DNA from: Gammaproteobacteria bacterium
Lineage (GTDB): Bacteria > Pseudomonadota > Gammaproteobacteria > Eutrophobiales > Eutrophobiaceae
Length of the DNA stretch: 64,000 bases
NCBI GenBank assembly: GCA_963422205.2
Contig: CAXMWX010000005.1
Coordinates: 512,001 to 576,000, forward strand
Direction of reading: 5' to 3'
A program made the position numbers and the translations under genes. Below, piece after piece: positions 60,752 through 64,000 of the stretch. The first letter of the stretch is position 1. The number at the start of each line of letters is the position of its first letter. The notes below the pieces were generated by a model, which made no database searches, was not told the origin of the DNA, and worked only from the letters and a program-made list of their open reading frames with translations.

Positions 60752-61276
60752 ATGCCAGACATAACGGCTGAACAGATCATTGCACACCTTAACCTGCGGC
60801 CCCTGCCCATCGAAGGCGGCTATTATGCCGTCACCTACCGCTCGGATGAGACGCTGCCCGCTGCCAGCCTGCCTGAACGCTACGACAATGCTCGCCCGCT
60901 TGCCGGGGCGATCTATTTTTTGATGACCACAGCGCAGTTCTCCGCCCTGCACAGCTTGCCCACCGATGAGGTGTATTACTATCACCTGGGCGACCCGGTA
61001 GAGATGTTATTGCTGCATCCCGATGGGACGGGCACCGTCAGGATCCTCGGGGCGGATATCTGCGCCGGGCAACAGCTGCAAACCCTCGCCCCCCGACAGT
61101 GCTGGCATGGCGCCCGGCCACGGCCCGGCGCTCGGCATGGTTTCAGCCTGTGCAGCACCTCCATGGCACCGGCCTATGCCACAGGTGATGCGGTGTTTGC
61201 CGAACGGGAGGGGCTGATAGCACAGTATCCGCCATTTGGCACGCTGATCACCGCCTTGACTCGGCCAGCGGCCTGA
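60752..61276 (+). CDS. DUF985 / Cupin_5 family protein
   Basis: L.PLPIEGGYY..TYRS, AIYFLM, FSALH...DEVYYYH.GDP, W.GAR, MAP. Confidence 0.85.
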   Translation: MPDITAEQIIAHLNLRPLPIEGGYYAVTYRSDETLPAASLPERYDNARPLAGAIYFLMTTAQFSALHSLPTDEVYYYHLGDPVEMLLLHPDGTGTVRILGADICAGQQLQTLAPRQCWHGARPRPGARHGFSLCSTSMAPAYATGDAVFAEREGLIAQYPPFGTLITALTRPAA

Positions 61277-61306
61277 TACACCAGCAACCCCGTCAGCCAA
61301 GCCGCC

Positions 61307-62026
61307 ATGCCCGCCTATGTCTTTAACGCCCGGCCCGGTGATATTGCCGAGACGGTCATTATGCCCGGGGACCCGTTGCGGGCGAAGTATATTGCCGAGT
61401 CCTGTCTGGATGATGCCAGAGAAGTGACCAATGTACGCAATATGCTGGGTTTTAGCGGCAGCTACAATGGCAGGGCTGTCAGCGTCATCGGGCATGGGAT
61501 CGGCATTGCCTCAGCCATGCTCTATACCACCGAGTTGATCCGGGCGTGGGGCGTGCGGCGCATTATTCGGGTGGGTAGCTGTGGTACGGTCAGTGCGGCT
61601 GTCAAGCTGCGTGATCTGGTGATCGCCATGGGCGCATCGACCGACTCAAACGTGAACCGCACCCGCTTCAGGGGGCATGATCTGGCGGCGATAGCGGATT
61701 ATGATTTACTGCAAGCCGCCGTAGAGAATGCCCGCCGGCAGGGTCTCACCTACCATGTGTGTAACGTCTTCACTTCGGATTTTTTCTACCCCCCGGCGGA
61801 TGCCGAGATGTGGGATATTCTGGAACGCTACCGGGTGCCGGTCGTGGAGATGGAGATCGCCGGCATTTATGGCGTTGCAGCGGAATACGGTGCGGCGGCC
61901 ATCGCCCTGTGTACCGTCAGTGATGATGTGCATACCCACACAGGCATCTCCCAGAAAGAGCGGCAAGAGGGTTTTGATGACATGATCCGGGTGGCGCTGG
62001 AGACCGCCGCTGCACCCGCCCCATGA
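61307..62026 (+). CDS. deoD: Purine nucleoside phosphorylase, DeoD type (divergent)
   Basis: MPGDPLRAKYIAE, IRVGSCG, GASTDSNVNR, VEME, TVSD. Confidence 0.9.
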   Translation: MPAYVFNARPGDIAETVIMPGDPLRAKYIAESCLDDAREVTNVRNMLGFSGSYNGRAVSVIGHGIGIASAMLYTTELIRAWGVRRIIRVGSCGTVSAAVKLRDLVIAMGASTDSNVNRTRFRGHDLAAIADYDLLQAAVENARRQGLTYHVCNVFTSDFFYPPADAEMWDILERYRVPVVEMEIAGIYGVAAEYGAAAIALCTVSDDVHTHTGISQKERQEGFDDMIRVALETAAAPAP

Positions 62027-62261
62027 CAGCTATGCCGCAAGCCAGATCGGCCCTGCCGGGGCTTGTCAACGGCGCTGACGGACTGGGCGCTCGCAAACAG
62101 GGCTTGCCCTATGTTGCTTCTTCACAACAAAATCGAATCTTTCAATTTGCATTGTCAACAACCCGGTAATCCAGTACCCTCGCCGCCTGATATGAGCGCT
62201 TGACAACACATACCGGATCAACCCCGGATGGTTTATTTATCCCTAAGGAGACTAACAAGTT

Positions 62262-64000
62262 ATGAGATTCAATCCGCCCAGCATCGGCATTGCCTTGCTT
62301 GCAACCGCCTTCATTGGTCACACGTTTGCACAAGGCGTTCTGGAAGAGATCATCGTCACGGCACAGAAGCGTGAGCAGAATATTCAGGAGGTGCCCCTCT
62401 CCATAACCAACTTATCCGGGGACAGGCTAAATGCGCGGTTTACAGGCGGTGAGGATATCCTCAGTCTGTCCAGTGCGGCGCCGGGGCTGCATGTGGAATC
62501 ATCCAACGGTCGCCTGGCGCCGCGCTTTTATCTGCGTGGCCTCGGCAATGCGGATTTCACCCAGGCGGCATCCCAACCGGTATCCATCGTCTTTGATGAA
62601 GTGCCCATGGAAAAAGCGGCGCTGAAGGCATTTCCCCTGTTCGATATGGCGGACATTGAAGTCATTCGAGGCCCGCAGGGGACGCTGTTTGGTCGCAACA
62701 CAACAGCCGGTATTATCAAGATCGATTCACGCCGACCAACCGAAGAAACCGAAGGCTTTGCGAGGCTCGCTGTGGGTAATCTGGGTACTGTCAATGCCGA
62801 GGCAGCCATCGGCGGCACACTGGTTGAACAGGTATTAACAGGCCGGGCTTCATTCATGACTCAAAACCGTGCAGACTGGGTCAGCAATGGTTTCACGGGC
62901 GAAGCAGATGCCCTCGGCGGTCATAATGTGTTTGCCGGTCGGCTACAGTTGTTGTGGACGCCGAGAGATGATGTCACTGCCTGGGTGATGCACCAGCATC
63001 AGGACGCCGATGGTACTGCCAGCCTGTTCCGCGCCAATGTGCTCAGCACAGGCAGCAATGAACTCAACGATAATTATGATCGGGATACGGTATTTTTCGA
63101 TGGCGGCGACAATAATCCCGGCAAGATCAAATCACATGGCACCACGGTAAAACTGGACTGGGACATCAATCGGCATACCATTACCTCGATCACCGCTTAT
63201 CAGGATGTCTATGATCGCTTTGGCCGCTCTGATATTGATGGCGGTAACCCCCGCGGCCCGGGTAGGATACCCTTCCCGGTCGATACCGGCAGTTCTCTGG
63301 AACTCACGCAGTTCACGCAGGAGGTTCGTCTTGCCAGCCAGCTGGATGGGGCATTCAATTATCAGGTGGGGCTGTTTTATTTTGAGGATGATCTGGCAAT
63401 TAACTCCCAGGGGGTAAGACAGGAAGAGTTTCAAACCAACTCAACTTCCAATATTGAGAATACCACCTGGGCGGTCTTCGGACAGGGCAGCTATGCGGTA
63501 AATGAGCAACTGACGCTGACCGCCGGCGTGCGTTACACCGATGATGAGAAAGACGCCCTGCATGTTGATTTCAACCCGCCGATCATCCCGTCAGTGCCGA
63601 TTGCATTATCCGATGACAATATCAGTTGGGATCTGGCCTTATCCTATGCCATGACCGATGAGGCACAGGTCTATGCCCGTATTGCTTCCGGTTTCAGAGC
63701 ACCGACTATCCAGGATCGTATTGAGGATGATGTCAATATCACAACGGCTGATTCAGAGACCATCATGTCGTATGAGGTCGGTTACAAGGCAGACATCAAC
63801 CAGCGACTGCGCTTGAATACCGCCCTGTTCTATTATGACATTGATGATATGCAGCTCACCGCCATAGGCGGTACCGCAAACACGACCTCCCTGTTGAATG
63901 CAAAGGGCGGCGAGGGTTACGGTCTTGAGTTTGACATTGACTGGATCGCAACGGATAACCTGATAGTGTCCGGCGGTTTTGGCTATGCCAGGACAAAAAT
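62262..64000 (+). CDS. TonB-dependent receptor (partial, runs off the window end)
   Basis: TAAGGAG RBS, ATG 62262; manual translation MRFNPP...AQGVLEEIIVTAQKREQNIQEVPLSIT...IEVIRGPQGTLFGRNTTAG. Confidence 0.93.
   Translation, partial: MRFNPPSIGIALLATAFIGHTFAQGVLEEIIVTAQKREQNIQEVPLSITNLSGDRLNARFTGGEDILSLSSAAPGLHVESSNGRLAPRFYLRGLGNADFTQAASQPVSIVFDEVPMEKAALKAFPLFDMADIEVIRGPQGTLFGRNTTAGIIKIDSRRPTEETEGFARLAVGNLGTVNAEAAIGGTLVEQVLTGRASFMTQNRADWVSNGFTGEADALGGHNVFAGRLQLLWTPRDDVTAWVMHQHQDADGTASLFRANVLSTGSNELNDNYDRDTVFFDGGDNNPGKIKSHGTTVKLDWDINRHTITSITAYQDVYDRFGRSDIDGGNPRGPGRIPFPVDTGSSLELTQFTQEVRLASQLDGAFNYQVGLFYFEDDLAINSQGVRQEEFQTNSTSNIENTTWAVFGQGSYAVNEQLTLTAGVRYTDDEKDALHVDFNPPIIPSVPIALSDDNISWDLALSYAMTDEAQVYARIASGFRAPTIQDRIEDDVNITTADSETIMSYEVGYKADINQRLRLNTALFYYDIDDMQLTAIGGTANTTSLLNAKGGEGYGLEFDIDWIATDNLIVSGGFGYARTK

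Noticed and set aside
62060-62210. Scattered TTGTCAA/TTGACAA motifs or a purine riboswitch upstream of the TonB receptor
   Set aside because: Spacing is irregular and no recognisable aptamer or terminator is visible by eye.

Overview
A chromosomal, gene-dense and GC-rich segment of a gammaproteobacterium. It is mostly housekeeping and metabolic genes, with no rRNA, tRNA, CRISPR array, transposase or prophage recognised. From left to right: nuoA-G (complex I, with a small foreign membrane ORF between nuoD and nuoE and a one-base frameshift in nuoD); a NucS-like pseudogene; glcB; a Zur-boxed ZnuD-like TonB receptor; fnr; a rearranged cbb3 oxidase locus (ccoI-ccoS divergent from a shrunken ompW/oprG remnant followed by ccoNOQP-orf-ccoGH, around one FNR box); a PNPOx-like protein, a Sel1 protein and a GMC dehydrogenase pair; rnd; a ZIP transporter with an inserted cyclic-nucleotide-binding domain; a YkvI-like membrane protein; a GIY-YIG nuclease-SprT protease fusion; rhlE; a glutamine-synthetase-like gene; etfBA; two DMT transporters; an RND pump; a ferredoxin reductase; bioA; a nodIJ-like ABC exporter; a quinone oxidoreductase; a ferredoxin; a thiolase; an SpdH-like Tat oxidoreductase; an orphan DNA methyltransferase; yghU; eda. 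The right end holds a purine / 5'-modified nucleoside salvage cluster (guaD, PRTase, mtnA, SDR, an apparently exported MTA/SAH-type deaminase, a DUF985 cupin, a divergent deoD and a TonB receptor) interrupted by a GT10 fucosyltransferase-like gene carrying a C27 tract. The most novel-looking items are the ZIP-cNMP chimera, the GIY-YIG-SprT fusion, the salvage cluster with its altered DeoD, and the poly-C GT10 gene. There are also signs of genome erosion (internally deleted genes, many 12-15 bp tandem duplications). All family calls come from recognising motifs by eye; no database search was run.
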